Assembly (NCBI GenBank): GCA_000708835.1
Contig: DF237211.1
Span: forward strand, 1 to 64,000
Length of the DNA: 64,000 bases
Source: Klebsormidium nitens
Lineage: Eukaryota > Plantae > Klebsormidiophyceae
Direction: 5' to 3'
Under the pieces are notes generated by a model. It had not been told where the DNA came from. It ran no database searches and worked only from the letters and a program-made list of their open reading frames with translations. Of the stretch, positions 1 to 13,216 are shown one piece after another (the stretch's first letter is position 1; each line of letters opens with the position of its first letter). The translations under genes and the position numbers were made by a program.

Positions 1-89
1 TAGGCCCATCACATGATGCAGGCTCAGCAAAGCGGCGGAACCTACCGGTATTCTCTGCAGTTCGGCTTGGCTCAAACAAACCACCTTTG

Positions 90-502
90 GTACACGCCCT
101 GGTACTCCTTGTAGCAGCGAAGGTATTCCATGAGTGCGATGTGAGCCACGCGTTGTGAATCCCGCGTGCGTGATGTTGGCAATTGGTTGTGGTCAATGCA
201 TTGAGTGCAGGCTTCAAACCTTGACAGCTGGAGATCCGTCAGTTGATTTCACGTGAGCGCTATCAATTTCGAGCAATTGATTGGTTAGCGCAGATTCTGG
301 GCCCACACTAGGTGGGTACTGTTCTGATCGGTACCTACGCTTTAGCCTGTGGAATTCGGGTACCGTACAGTGTACAGCCGTGCCGTACCAACCAAGATGC
401 AGGAAACCTGTTACCGCGTCACGTACACAGCCTTCAATGGTGTTTTCATTCTGTTCATTGGGATTGGGAAGGCTGAAGGAGGCCTGGGAAGGAGGTAGGT
501 AC
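90..502. promoter_or_regulatory. Cluster of 10 GTAC cores upstream of the first gene (candidate SBP/SPL-binding sites)
   Basis: GTAC at 90, 102, 316, 331, 360, 365, 372, 385, 423 and 499; two are in CCGTAC context. About 1.6 would be expected in 413 bp at uniform base composition. Confidence 0.4.
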
Positions 503-602
503 GTAGCTGGCGAGCAGCTTGTTTCCCATTTCAAATTGGTCAGTGTTCTGAAGCTAGCGTTTGAAGGGCGCACAATTACTCCACTCTTCAGCAGCTAGGA
601 CA

Positions 603-2443
603 ATGGCGAGCATGAGCAGTGTGCGCACTGCAAGGTTGCTTCCTGCCAGCGATTTTGCCTCCTCCTCAGCAGCTCCTCAAAACAGTGGGACCTCCGCAGT
701 CCTGCCAAAGTGGAGGAGTCAGGCAGTGGCTGCCCCCCCAGAGAGGCCAGTTTTGGAGAGAGCCCCTCTGCAAAATGGCCGCAGTCCATTGCAGGAGCAA
801 TCGTTCCAGCAGATCAGGCATAGGATTCTGCCTCTACGACTCGAACCAGAGACATCTGGCCGCAGCTGGACCAGAGAGGAGGCGACTGAGCAGAACCTCA
901 TCTACAGGATGATGTTTGCGGAGGAACCCAGGTGGCTGAAAGACGGGGCGGGACAGAGGAAGGAAACGCACTGGACGAGGCATTCACCAATGAGATCACA
1001 AAGGCTGATGGCAAATTATACAGCAGGTGAGCTGCCAGCTGGCACGGTGACGAATTCTTGATTTTTTGAGTCTCTGTCTTTCTACAGCTGGTGCTCCCAT
1101 TGCTATATTGTAATGATCATAATTTAGAGGCCAATGATCGTATCACTCTTTCACAAATAGAGGGGTGGTGTTGCTCACTCTGCTGCTTCCGAGTGTGATC
1201 GCAAGTGGAGTGCACTGACTCAGTGCCTCTTCGGCACTGATTTATTCTACTGGTCCTGTTGTTGTCCTGGTCATTGCTAAACCAAGGAACCTTGTCGCTG
1301 TTGCAGACCCGGAGCTCAAGACTGTATGTGCGTCTTATGGGGGCCTCACGAAGACCATCAAGCTGCACCAGGGCTGCTCCGATGAGATGGTGGAGCAGCT
1401 CCTGAGGGAGGCGTTCGACCTGTGCCCAGAGCGCGTCATCTGCTTGCGGGACAGGATTACAGGGGCAGTGACAGCGGCAAAGACCCAGATGGCAGAGGGG
1501 GACTATGAGATCATCACAGATGAAGGTAGGCAGCGGACTGCGCAGGCTCAATGAATGCAGAGATTGAATGTTTTTCACTGTCTGCATTCATCTGCCCCAA
1601 GGAGTGAAGGTTGCGTTTTTGCTTAGACTGCCTGCGAATGGGAAAATGCACCTTCTCAGTTTGAGCTGCGCATTTGGGAACTCTGCTGAGCTCAGCCTCT
1701 TCAGCCCCATATGGTTCACCTTCTTGGATCCAATAGGATCTGTCCTCTTTTTATGAGAATGACTGTGACCTTGACACAACGTACGTATCTGAGTTGGGTA
1801 TGCCCCATCTGAGAGTTACTCCTCTCGCTGCATTTGAGTTTCGAGATGGGTTCGAGGAGGCTTTTTCTTGTCCTCTTCTCTTTTTCTATTTCCAGACTCG
1901 AAGAATGTGCTTTAAGCGAAGCAGCAATCAATGAGCTCATGGTCTCTTGGTCCTTTTGCAGACCAGGATGTCGCGGGGCACCTCCCCGTCAAGTCCCTGC
2001 ACCGCCAAATCACGCGCACCGCCAGCAAGGCAGCCGTGAAGGACGCCCTCAAGCACTGCGGGCTGGCGCACATCCTCCCCGAGCTCAAGCACATGTCGGG
2101 GGCTAAGCTACTGTCAATGCCCCTCGACGCACTGCAAACCATGTACTCGTTGAGTGGGTGGCGCCTCCGCGCCGTGAGAAGTCTGTACCTCGCCCTACAC
2201 CCCCCCGCTAGGATTAGAGTGGAGGACCCAGCTTCAGGGGAGGGGTCAGCTACGCTTACGGTGGCCTCGGCGAAGGAGTTTAGCGAGCTGTTGGGGGCGC
2301 AGAACTGTGTGGCGCTGCGTGCGTGCGATACGCGTGGGGTGGGGCATTTGGCGGTCCGGTTTGAGGACCTAAGGGACGGGCATGCGTATAGCCCTGTGCG
2401 TGTAAATAGCAACCTGTTTGGCTGCATTGAGGCTGCTCTGTAG
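603..2443 (+). CDS. 3-exon gene: protein with GT-1/GT-4 trihelix-factor C-terminal-like segments split by a SAM-like helical module; Ser/Ala/Arg-rich N-terminus
   Basis: Exons 603-1026, 1307-1525 and 1962-2443 have GT-AG ends and matching phase 1 joins. Exon 2 (TVCASYGGLTKTIKL..EQLLREAFDL..CLRD..MAEGDYEI) and the C-terminus (EFSELL..RFEDLRDGHAYSPVR) resemble, from memory, the GT-1 C-terminal domain. ALKHCGLAHI..MSGAKLLSMPLDAL..SGWR resembles the SAM consensus. Confidence 0.5.
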
Positions 2444-3897
2444 ATAGCGGGTCTAATAGGATGAAACCTGTGTGTTTGGAGCCTGTTCAGCTGAATTAGA
2501 GAGTGTACAGCCATGTACAGACACGGGACAGAAGTCATGACCTGAGTGAGCCATAGTACGCGTGCTGGGGACTTCCCGGTTCGGAGATGTATACAGACCG
2601 CAGAGCGTTGCGTGTCAGAAACAGGTCATACAAGAAGTGTAGATATCACAAAGGTGGCTGGCATATAATAAGAGCATGGGCCCGCACTAGCTGGTGCAAA
2701 TTGTTGCTTCAAAGCAAACTTAGCCAAAGCTCACGCATGCCAAGGAGCTCAGACAGGACCGCAACACTTTAAGACACATAAGACACCAGAATAAGAGTTC
2801 CTTGCTATAATATATAAGCTGTTCGTAGGGCAACGCGTTGGATGTTGAAGCTTCTTGCCGAACTGTAAGCCGGCCAAAGTTTGAGTTACTCTGGAGTCTG
2901 GTTAACCCTTGTACACTGAGCACAATTTCGTTCATGAAGGGTTGCAAGTGCAAGCTTGTAGCTGTCGAGTGGGAGATGAGCTCTGCATGAAGCTTTTTAT
3001 GCATGGTATTTTCTCAATTGAGCTATATATTTGTACAACTGTCCGACATGAACAGTCCATATCATTGTGTCGAAATCGACAATCCAAAGTGCAATTAGTG
3101 AACCATGCAATTCGTTCTGAGATAAGTATGCATGTGGAATTATTAATTTTGAGATGAACACTGCATGCTGTGCATGCACTAGTACGTTCACATGCTTATC
3201 GTGGACGCAATATCGCCGGGGTTTCCTTTACTTCATTCTAGGCTAGCTATTGCTGCGAATGTTTAGATTGGCCGGAGTGGTCTCATTGAACCCCTCCGCT
3301 AAATCATTGCATATAAATATTCCGTAGGCTATTCGAACGTCAAATTGATTGCACTCACAAATATACACGAGTGCGGTACTAATACAACTTCACCTCTACA
3401 TACATCTGCACATGGCCTAGTGACTAGCCTGGCCGGCGACGCGGTGAGATCGTGCCGTCATGTACCGTATGCAGCATGGCAGTGCGCCGATGATGGCGAT
3501 TGAAGAGCAAGAGACAGCCGCCCGGTGAGTCCCGCAACCATGGCAGCCCAAACCGGGCGATACACTGATAATCTAGTGACGTGCTCTATGCAATCGGGTA
3601 CCAAGAGACATATTCAAAATGGTATAACATTGAGCAGCATCCAACCGCATGCCAGTTGGTCAATTGAACGTGTGCATGTCCGCATACGGCACTTCTTTAC
3701 ATACACACCAACACATCATGCACGTGTGCAGACATCAAAGAGTCTGACGGACCCGCCTCCAGACATCAATAAGCATGCCCGCTGCAAAGTAGCGGACCCC
3801 TGATCGGCTGGTTTAAACCAGGGGTCTCTTGCACGTCTGTACACTTCACTACATTACACAAGTCGTTACGGCTTCCGGTCGCACAGCAAGCCGCGTG

Positions 3898-6800
3898 CTA
3901 CAACAAACCCAAGTATTTCGCCACGCGCCGCAGCATCTCCTCTTGGAGCGCAGTGAGGGCCGGCGGCGCGGCACCCATGTATTGGGCCTTGCCGTGCCGG
4001 CTGCTGTACAGGCTGTACAGGTTACGTGCCTCGGCCTCCGGGAGGGCGCTTTTGGCCACGTCAGCCTCGGGCCTGTACGCGAGCGCGACCGCAAGCCGCG
4101 TGACGTCATCGGCCGCAAAACCTGAATCACAAGATAGAGATGTCTCGCATTCAGCGCCAACACGGAAAAGCCCAAGAGGAAACCAACCCGTAAAACTCTC
4201 GCGAAGCTGAACCACAGGTCCAGTAAAGCATTTTGCGCGTTCGCTTATGCCAACGACGGATGATTCCCCTGATCTCCTTCGCAAAAGGTGTTAGGAGTTC
4301 AAGAAAAGACAAGCAGGATAAGGATAACCCTGCCCTGGCTTTCATCCATCAAAGTGATGATACACTTCTACTAGACCGTCAAGCGAAGGTTCTCTAGCGT
4401 CACTGCCGAGGCCGAGACCCACGTCGTCCTTTCACGACAGCGATGTCCAGAATGAGCACAACCGACAGCAAACAAGCACGACGTCCAAGCTTGAAGCAGG
4501 AATCACGACCCCTCCACAAGTCTTTTTGAGGGGTGAAGGCGGCCTTTTTAAACGGACTGGTCCGCAGACCGACTAGTGAGCCCCAAACCTGGATTGGCCA
4601 GGTTCGCTTATATGTTTCTGAATGCTTGACTTACTTGCGGACCGGAAGTACGGAGGTCGAGACACGTCGACCAACACTTTGCCTGCTCCCAAATTTCAAA
4701 GCAGCACCTAAAGGATGAATTGCGGTAACCTTGTTGTCCATCAGATCTGAAGGATGAGCAAATCGTATACATCAATCCCACAATACTGACCAACGGCGCT
4801 TAGGTCAAGAAGTCTCAGCTGAGAGTGTACAGCAGCAGGCAACGGACGTCAGCATGACTCACTGGGGTCGTCCCTCCGTAGTGACGCGCGCGCCTGCACC
4901 AGCGCCGCCTTCGCCGCCGCGTCCATGACGGACGTCAGCGTCTCCCGGACGTCCGAATCGGCAATGCCGAACGCCGTCGAGAGGCGGTGCAGCAAAGCTC
5001 GGCCCTCCAGCACCAGTTGCCCTGGGTTCACTGCACACGACATGGAGCCATATTCTCTCAAGTTCGCTGAACACGGCACCAGTCTGAGCATGGACACCGA
5101 AGGCTGTCGGAATGGCCGTGAATACTAAAGAACGTTCATACGTGCACTGCCACTCCGAGGCCACAGATACTGTATGAGCGGGGACAAACAGAATCGGTAC
5201 AGGAAAGAAGCTGAGGCTGGGGCCTGTCGAATTTGGAGTTATTTCAACCCAAAGGTAAACTCCTCCGGTTCTGAAGCGTCGGAACTCGAGAGACGCTGCT
5301 ATCGGACGGCTCACGTGTACAAGGTTCAGCAATCCGAGATAGAGTTTTCAAGTCCATTCGAGCCGTCCGATGTTGGGGTGCTGACAATCGGACGGCGCAT
5401 AGTAGACAAAGCAGACAGGGGTGACGTCGCTATCGAGGTGTCAACAGGGCCCGGCCTTAGCTTCCGTCCTGTAGCCTTCTCCTTGTCTCCGCTCTGTATG
5501 CAGGGGCGGATGTCCAGGATGCATTTTACCACAGACAAGATTGCGTCCATGATCGCATTTCTGCGCCCACCTGCGCGCGCGCTGCCCTCCTCCAGCACTG
5601 TCTGCGCCGCGCGCCGGTACAGCACGAGCGCGTCGCGGCTGTCGACCTGCGCCACGCGGACCACGCCCAGGTTCTCGCACATGCTCGCGAGCAGCCGCAC
5701 GTCCGCTGACGTCACGTCGCGGCCCCGGGCCCTGCGGAATGGCGGGCATCCCGTCAGCTTCCGAAGGGTGGTGATTAGAGAGCAACTTTCAATTGTTTGA
5801 AGCCCAAACATCGGGAGCTTATTGACACGCATTTCGCTGCAGACTGAGCCTCATCAGGAAAGGACGAAACACCCAGAACTGCAAAGACTGCTCGCTTGAA
5901 GAATGAGACGATCTCAGCGTGGCAAGCCATGACTGCCTAACACTTTTGTAGAGGCCCGCAACGTGTTGGGACACTGCTGGCAAAACGCTCGCAATGCAAG
6001 CGACTCAAGGTTCCCTTCGCCTGCAGAGGAGCTTTTGACGCGCTTCAATCTGACGGAATCTTCAGCTCACACTCAGACGTCCGTCAAGCAGAGTTAAAAC
6101 TTATCCAAAACCACGCAATTCCCCGACCCATCGCGAGACCCTGCTCAAAGCCCCGTATGCAAGAGCCTCCGACCTTCCGACACAGCCACCGCAAAACAAC
6201 GCCCACCTTTTGTCCAAAAGCTTCTTGGCTGCCGCGCCAATGCGCACCGCGGCCGCGTCCTGCTCGATCCGCTGCGCTTCGGGAGCCCCCAGGCCGAGCG
6301 CTGCGCGCGCTCGGTCCAGCTGGCGCCGTGACTCGCTGGTGACGTAAGCGTCCGCCATGGCCTTCTTGGAGAGCTCGGCGTACGTGGACGCGGCGGCAGA
6401 CCGTTGGAGGGCACCTGAAGAGTTTGAAAACAAGACTCAGGAACGAGTTGAATGGTTAAGGATGATCTGGGAGATCTGTGATGGTACTCAAAGCGCCCTT
6501 TTCGGTGCTCTAGTCTCTTTGTTGAGATCGATGTGGAGAGGCTTTCAAATGCTTGTAATACTTGGCTTCGACGTTGCTTGAAACTGGGGACGCCACAGGA
6601 CGACTGGCTGCCATCAAGTCCCGAAGCTAAAGTTAACCGTTGCAGAAAGGCCATCCAATCGAGCCTCTACCGACACACTCTCATCACTTCTGTGCTGAAC
6701 GAGACCCATCGAGAAGTGTCTTATGTTACAACCAGGCTGGGTCAACGAAGAGTCGCAGAATCTCTTGCTGACCAGTGACCGGCGCTGCGACTCCCAGCAG

Positions 6801-9800
6801 CCCGGCCAGCACGTCCCGGCTGGTCGCCTCCTCTTGCTCCACCGCCGCCCGTCCCTCACCGTCCGATTCTCCTTCCCGACCGTCCAAATCCAGCACCCGG
6901 GCCGCTCGCTGCTTACACGCGTTTTCCAAGAACGCGCTCAGCAGCGTCTCGGCGCCCCCGCCAAACACCAGCAACCGCAGGTCCCGCACGGAAGCTCGGG
7001 TACTGTCCGGCGCAACGTCCGGCACTCTCTCGGACACCGTCGATGGCGCCACGAGCGCCCTTCCGGACGCCCCGGGTGCGCTTTGCGGCACTTCCATAAC
7101 ACTTCTAGACGTACTCGGTACCCTTTCGGACGGCCGAGGTACGCTTTCCGTTGCCCCAGGCTCAGTTCCGGACGCCCCAACAACACTTTCGGACAAGCTC
7201 TCCCCCGGTGCGGACGCGATGTCCAGGGCAGGAAGGGCTGCCTCCCGCGCGAAACGCACCATGTTGTCGAGCTCCGCAGCCACGGGGGTGACGAGCCCCC
7301 CGCTCCGCCGCTGCGCCTCGAGCGCCTTTTGCAGCATCTCCTGGAGCACTCCCCGGCAGGCTGCGGCTGCCGCAGAGCGCGCCGAGGGGGGGGCCAGACC
7401 CAGCTGGAACCGCCAGTCAGCCAGCTCCTGTATAACGAAACAAGCGTAGATTCTTTTACCAGTAGCTTTTGATAATTCCAGGCTAGACGAGAAGAGACTT
7501 GCCACGACACAGCATCTTTTGAGAGCAGATGTTCTATAGCGCTTGACAATTTTAGCTGGGTTTCCAAAGTCGGAGGGAACGGCAGCCACACGTGCCCTCT
7601 CGTAGTCAAGCCAAAAGTCGGGTGCACCCTCGGACCCTCACCCTGGGACCTGCTTTGAAAGCAATGGTTACCAAAATCTTCTACAAGCTCGCAGTACCCC
7701 AGAGGCCCCTTTCAAAAAGATGTCGCTCCGCGCCAAACCTCTGATTATTTTCGAACTCACCCGCCGTTGCTCTGAAGTGAGAGCCCAGTCCACGCTCCGC
7801 CCCGACGGGCCCCCTCTCGACTCCCGCAAATCCGCCAGCACTCTGCTCACGAGCCGCCGGTACGACCCCACCGCCTCCGCCCTTTGCTGCGCCTCCTCTG
7901 CCACGTGGCCGGCCAGCATCAGCTCCGCCCGCAGCCGCTCGAAGCGGGGGATCCCCCAATCCTCGCTCTCGAGCGCCGCTGACGTCAGCACGTCCCGGAA
8001 GGCGCTTTGGTGGGCGGCGTCGCGTGCGGAGGAGGGGAGTTCGAGGAAGGCCTGGAGGGTTTGGAGGTGGGGGTGGGGCCCCGGGGGGGAACTAGAGGGG
8101 GCGGGGTCGAGGAGGCGGGAGGCGGCGGCGCCCAAGTACGCGGCGGTGCTGCCGGGAGCGGCAGGTTCCGTAATTGCCTGCTCGAAAAGGCGAGGAAAGG
8201 CACTGCGGTCTCAGTTTTGCCACTTGCTCGCTCTCTTTCAGCATATTATAAATGGTCACGGCTGAACATCTACGAGTCCTGGAATGCCCTGCACTTCAGT
8301 GGAGGAGGCGCCGACAGGCAAAACTAAGTGAAATCTCGAAACAGATGCTTCGGGGAAGGCTGGCCGGCGAGACACTGGCGGGCACGACAGGCGCACCGGA
8401 AACGAAGACAACCAGGCGGAGAAGGCTCCTCGCACCTCCCCTGTGAAGCACCTCTTCCGCCTCCTTCTCAGCTCCCGAGCAGCCCAGCCGGGCACACCCT
8501 TTCTAAAGACTCCCGCACTCTCGAGCAACCCGGCGAAAAGCTCGTTCCTGATCATCTTACAGACATCACAGAAATTTGAGAAACAGAATCCGATTCACAC
8601 CATAGTCTCAACCAGGCACGCAAAACAAGGATCATCCTTGCAGCCCAAGAAGGGCCCCCATTCTAGTCCGCCTCACCTCCGGCACTACCACGTGCTTCAC
8701 ATACGCGCTGTAGAGATTTGCCCGTTCCCCATCGGTGATGCTCTCCGACCGGGAATCGCCTGCCAGGCGGTCCCAGGTCCAGCCCTCGGGAGGCGCTTCT
8801 GCGAGCCACTGCTGCAGGACCTTTGCGGCGCCCGCCTGAAAAAGCCGAGCAATCGAATGCGGGCTTCATTTAGTGGATCGAGTAGTTGTGCTGGATTAGA
8901 CCTAGATAAGAGTGTGGCGGACTCAACGTGTGTTGTAGGTGTCTGTATCGTAGACCATCCGACAGCCTAGGCAGTCACGTCTTCTAGCTTCGACGCGTTG
9001 CCTCCCACAAACTATCACGTCGCTCATTCTTGTGTACTTCTAAAACTATAGAAGACTAATGTAACACCTGCCGGCACATCATATATTATGCTCTATCAAA
9101 CAGAGAATCGAGTCTCGATGCATTGACAGTGCAGTCATACTTCGATACATCGTCAGCGGAGTGGCTCACGGGCCCTACCTGGTCGTTTTGCCGGACGAAG
9201 TCGAGTGCTCGGAGCACTTTCTTTGAGGGCGTGCGAACAACTTGCTTCTCCTCCTGTTTCGCGGCAGGGGGCTCCTCTTGCGCCCGGATTTCGGGCCAGG
9301 GGGCTCGCTTGCCGGCGGCGTCGTGCTCGTAGCTCATCTCAAATGCCCCGTCTGCATGAAGAACGGAGAAGAGTGTGTCAGTGCTCTTATTGAGGGCTGC
9401 AAGTCGGCGCCTTTCGGGACAGCAATCCTTCTCGTCATTGACATGAGGTGAAGTATTGCGTCTCGGACCTCACGAAACGATGGGCGAACTATCAACTTAA
9501 AATCAGGGACGTAGTCCAAACCAGGAGCGTTGCCAAGATCGCCGCGAAGTGCCAATCTCAATCAAGACTGCTCTTGCTGATGCTGCATTATGACTCGGAC
9601 CTGAAAAGATAATCTCCAAATTTTGGTCAAGTGTCAACGCAAGCGACTAATGACATCGGATCACAGCATAAGACAAAGCCGCTCCCGCACAATGGCCCGG
9701 TCTACATATCCACAGGAGGATAACTTCCAACACTCCTAGTGCTGACTCCAACTGTACAGACCCCGCCTCAGGTCCCCGGAACAAAGTATTCACCGTGGCT

Positions 9801-11993
9801 CACCCTGTATTTTCCACTCCACCTGCCGCAGCTGCGCCAGTACCTCCCTTGCCTTTGCAATTCTCTCATCGATCTCTTGGAGCGACCCCCCAGCTGCGCT
9901 TCGTTCCGTCGCAGGATCCCGGCCCTCCAGTTTCTCAACCCGGTCCGACTCGAGCACCGCCAATTTGAGCTCCACTTCAGCGATCTGCCGCCGGACCTCT
10001 TGGCGATACAAATCTGCTGTGGGCCGCAGGTCGGGGTTTGGCGGAGAAGAGGACGTACTGGGCTCGCCCGGGGATCCCCTGGAGAAGTGAGAACAAACTT
10101 TCCGTTGCGACTTTTGAATAATTGACTCATACGAAACGCAGGTCATGCACACAGCGAAGACTGGACCTCTCTTTCTTGGAAGGAAGGAAGATCTGAAAGC
10201 GCGTAATCGTTTGACCTACAATCAGAATGGATTGATGAATCTTGGAGGAAGAAAGAAGAAGCATGCCCTGGCTCTAAGGATGGAGGTACGGGTACTAACG
10301 ACTCTATTCCCTGGACCACTTTCTCATTTCGAAAGGATCCTCTGTGTCCATTTAAACGGGGATACTTGCCTATTCCGAGAAAGCATGTGACCTGGCCTCG
10401 TTTGCCTTTGCACCTCACCAAGAATTTAAAGAAGTCCAGATTAACAGTCGCACCTGTCTGCCGTGGCGGCGGGGCTTTGTGTGTACATACGCTCCAGCGT
10501 CGTCCGCTCCATGTCCAAAAACCTGGTGTCCAAATCCTCTGCATCCGTGCTCTCCTCCACCAGGCTAGCGACGTCCTGCGCTGCAGCCTCCTCTTTCTCG
10601 AGCGAGGCGGGGGGAGCTGGCAATGGCTGCACAATCGTCACTTTTGGAGGGGCTGGCGTGGCGGGCTGGTCTGCGGCCCGCTTGACTGAGGAGAGGGCCG
10701 CTATGTACAGGGCCTCCTTACGCGAGATCACCTGTCAAGGGAAAGCGTGTTTCCGAGTTGCCCTGTGCTGATGGCAAAGAGAATCTTTGCTAAAGTACAT
10801 CGGAGACCCCGTTCTTTTCTAAAGTAGACAACTGATGGGAGTAAACCATTGGCATCTATATGAACCGGGACCGGTCGACTAGAGTCGCCTCAGTTGTCAC
10901 ATCACAGTAGAACACCCCCGCGCTCTTAACAAGCAGCCAAAACATCCTCAATGTCGGTGATCTGGATTCAACAGTGATCAACTTCAACACTCCCAGACTG
11001 CCCTATGTGGCAGCGCAAGTTTTGCCGCGCAGAAAGACAGGAACGGACAATCTGCCCTTACCTTCCCCAGCTGGGTTGCGAGCGCCTGCAGCACCTCTGC
11101 CCGCTGCTGCGACTTATCCAGTGCCTGCAGCACAGATGCTTTCTCCTCCAGGAGCCGCCTTGCCCCTGCCTCGTCCCCCGCCCGCACCGCTTTCTCTGCT
11201 GCACCACGCTTTTTCTCCACAGCGTCGGTCAGGCGCATGAACCGGTCGCGCGCAGCATTGGCTGCAGGGGTAGATTCGAATCGCGATCTTAAGTTTGCAC
11301 ACCCAAACAATTGTCCCATGCAGCACGGGGAGTGCGAAGATGTTAACATTGGCAGGTTTAAATGACCAAGTATTATCTAGCCTTGAACATCATGATTGAA
11401 AGCCCAAGGTAGAAGAAAAAAACAAACCTCATCATGGTGCAATATAGGAAAGAGTCGAGCACATGTCTAAACCTTTCGACACACACCAGAACATGGACTA
11501 GATAACCCTGCCAACAACTTTTTGCCCAACAATATGTACTTAGTGCCACCAGTGACTCACCTTTACTCCGCGTCTCATCCAGCTCCGCTTGCAGCGCCTC
11601 TAGCTCCGCCCTCATCTTGTCCAGCTCGCTCGGCGTCCTGGGCGCCACCCCCCCACTCTCCCCTGACTCCTCGCTGTCCCCCCCCCCACCCGCAACCGCC
11701 GCTGCACATCTTACTTCCGTCCTGCGTTGCTGGCCGCGGAAGGACAGGCTACACTGGTTGTCGCCACACTTTCTGAGACCTATGTTTTGGACACCATTGC
11801 AAAGAGGATTCTCTCTGCACAAGAAATCTGCCGTCAGTATTGACTTAGGCAGGCGAGAAAGCAGAGGAGCACATGAAGCTCGGGTCGCTTGTTGTGAAAG
11901 CCTGCGCTGCTGATGTGAACATCTTGAAGTGGCTTGACAGCCGAGTCTGCTAGTAGCATTGACAAAAGTTGAGGCAGCCATGGCGCCTAACAT
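3898..11993 (-). CDS. Approx. 13-exon plastid-targeted protein: N-terminal PspA/IM30-like coiled coil (At1g06510-like) followed by Tic110-like helical repeats
   Basis: Phase-compatible GT-AG chain: 11993-11561, 11261-11062, 10731-10454, 10078-9804, 9351-9179, 8835-8677, an optional exon ending 8436, then exons near 8180-7761, 7427-6773, 6415-6207, 5731-5571, 5030-4865 and 4115-3898. The N-terminus is transit-peptide-like (MAASTFVNATSRLG..VRCAAA). Tic110-like motifs: LYSAYVKHVV, RQLDRARAALGLGAPEAQRI, and the C-terminal DVTRLAVALAY..EARNLYSLY..AKYLGL. Confidence 0.55.
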
Positions 11994-13216
11994 TTGCCAC
12001 AGCCAGCAACCCTTTCAGCTCCTGTTCTGCAAGTAGGAAATTGCAAGCACCAATGGGTTCACGTACTACAGCATACTCAGAAGATGCAGACGCCCTCTTC
12101 GCTTGTACTAGCTAGTAGGGTGCTTGAAAGAAGAAAGGGCCGCCAAGTTAGGGAAGTCTGCAGTCTTGAGATCAAAACGTCACGACGCACACCTGTGCTG
12201 GCCCAGCCCTGCAAGTTCAACAGCCGCAGCATGCAGCTCGAGTCAAGACAAGAGATCGATCAGCGCTAGCGCGCCGTGTGCGCCACGACAAGCCGTTCAA
12301 AATCGCACTAGGGGGTTGCGCAACCAATGGGCAGTGAAACCGTCACATCGGGCGTCGCTAGAGCCTTGGGTCTACCAACCACAAAACCAATATCAGATCC
12401 AGAGTTCTTGCTGCAGCCGTTCTTTGGGACGGTTGCATGAGACGTCATCGATTGGACACCCCCCCTTGGAGACCCGCTCAATTGCGGCCGCGTCGGACGC
12501 GTGCGCGCGCACGAATACGGCTAGAACTTGGACCGGACTGCACGCCATGGCGCACAACGCTACAGAGTAGTCCTACACTGACAGACGACTTCAACCAACG
12601 TGCATTGAACTGCATTGCACTCCCTGTTGTTCAGCAAATCGATTCACTTAGTAGCGCATTGATGCTGTCATTCATGAGTTGCAAAGCTAATAGTCAAGCT
12701 GGGGGGTCGACAGTGTGAAGATTATGCTTTTCGGATGCGATACGATTAGTAGCCCTGGAGTCCTTTGGAGTGAGCGCTAATTACTTGACTGGCCTAATTG
12801 GAGGCAAGATGCACATGCATGCTAGGAGTTGCTCCCTACAAGCGGCAGCAATCAAGGTCAATAGCTAACAGCTGTCTGCCATGCAACTCAGCCGCAAACT
12901 CATCATTCAAGTCAGCTAGTAAATCAAGACGCAAAGGCTGTGTATGGCATTCGTGCGGGCCTGTCACAAACGTTTCTTGGGTGTCCGAAGTAGCCGCCTT
13001 TCAGAAGCGCCTTACTTTGTTTGCCTTATCGTCAACGTCAGCTTCACAGTTTTTAGGTGGAAACCGCACCATTGATTCTCCGCTCCAAATGTGGCTTCAC
13101 AAGGAGACTTAACACGTCGTTGCAACATATCTGAAGTTCAAGGGAACCAAGCCGCATGATCTGCTCACTACAACTATACCTGAACAGGTATCAGCTCCTA
13201 CTCGTCACTCCTCTGC

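Noticed and set aside
5174-8327. Long plus-strand ORFs (208, 249, 224, 181 aa)
   Set aside because: They are antisense shadows of GC-rich minus-strand exons, which are naturally stop-poor, and carry no motifs of their own.
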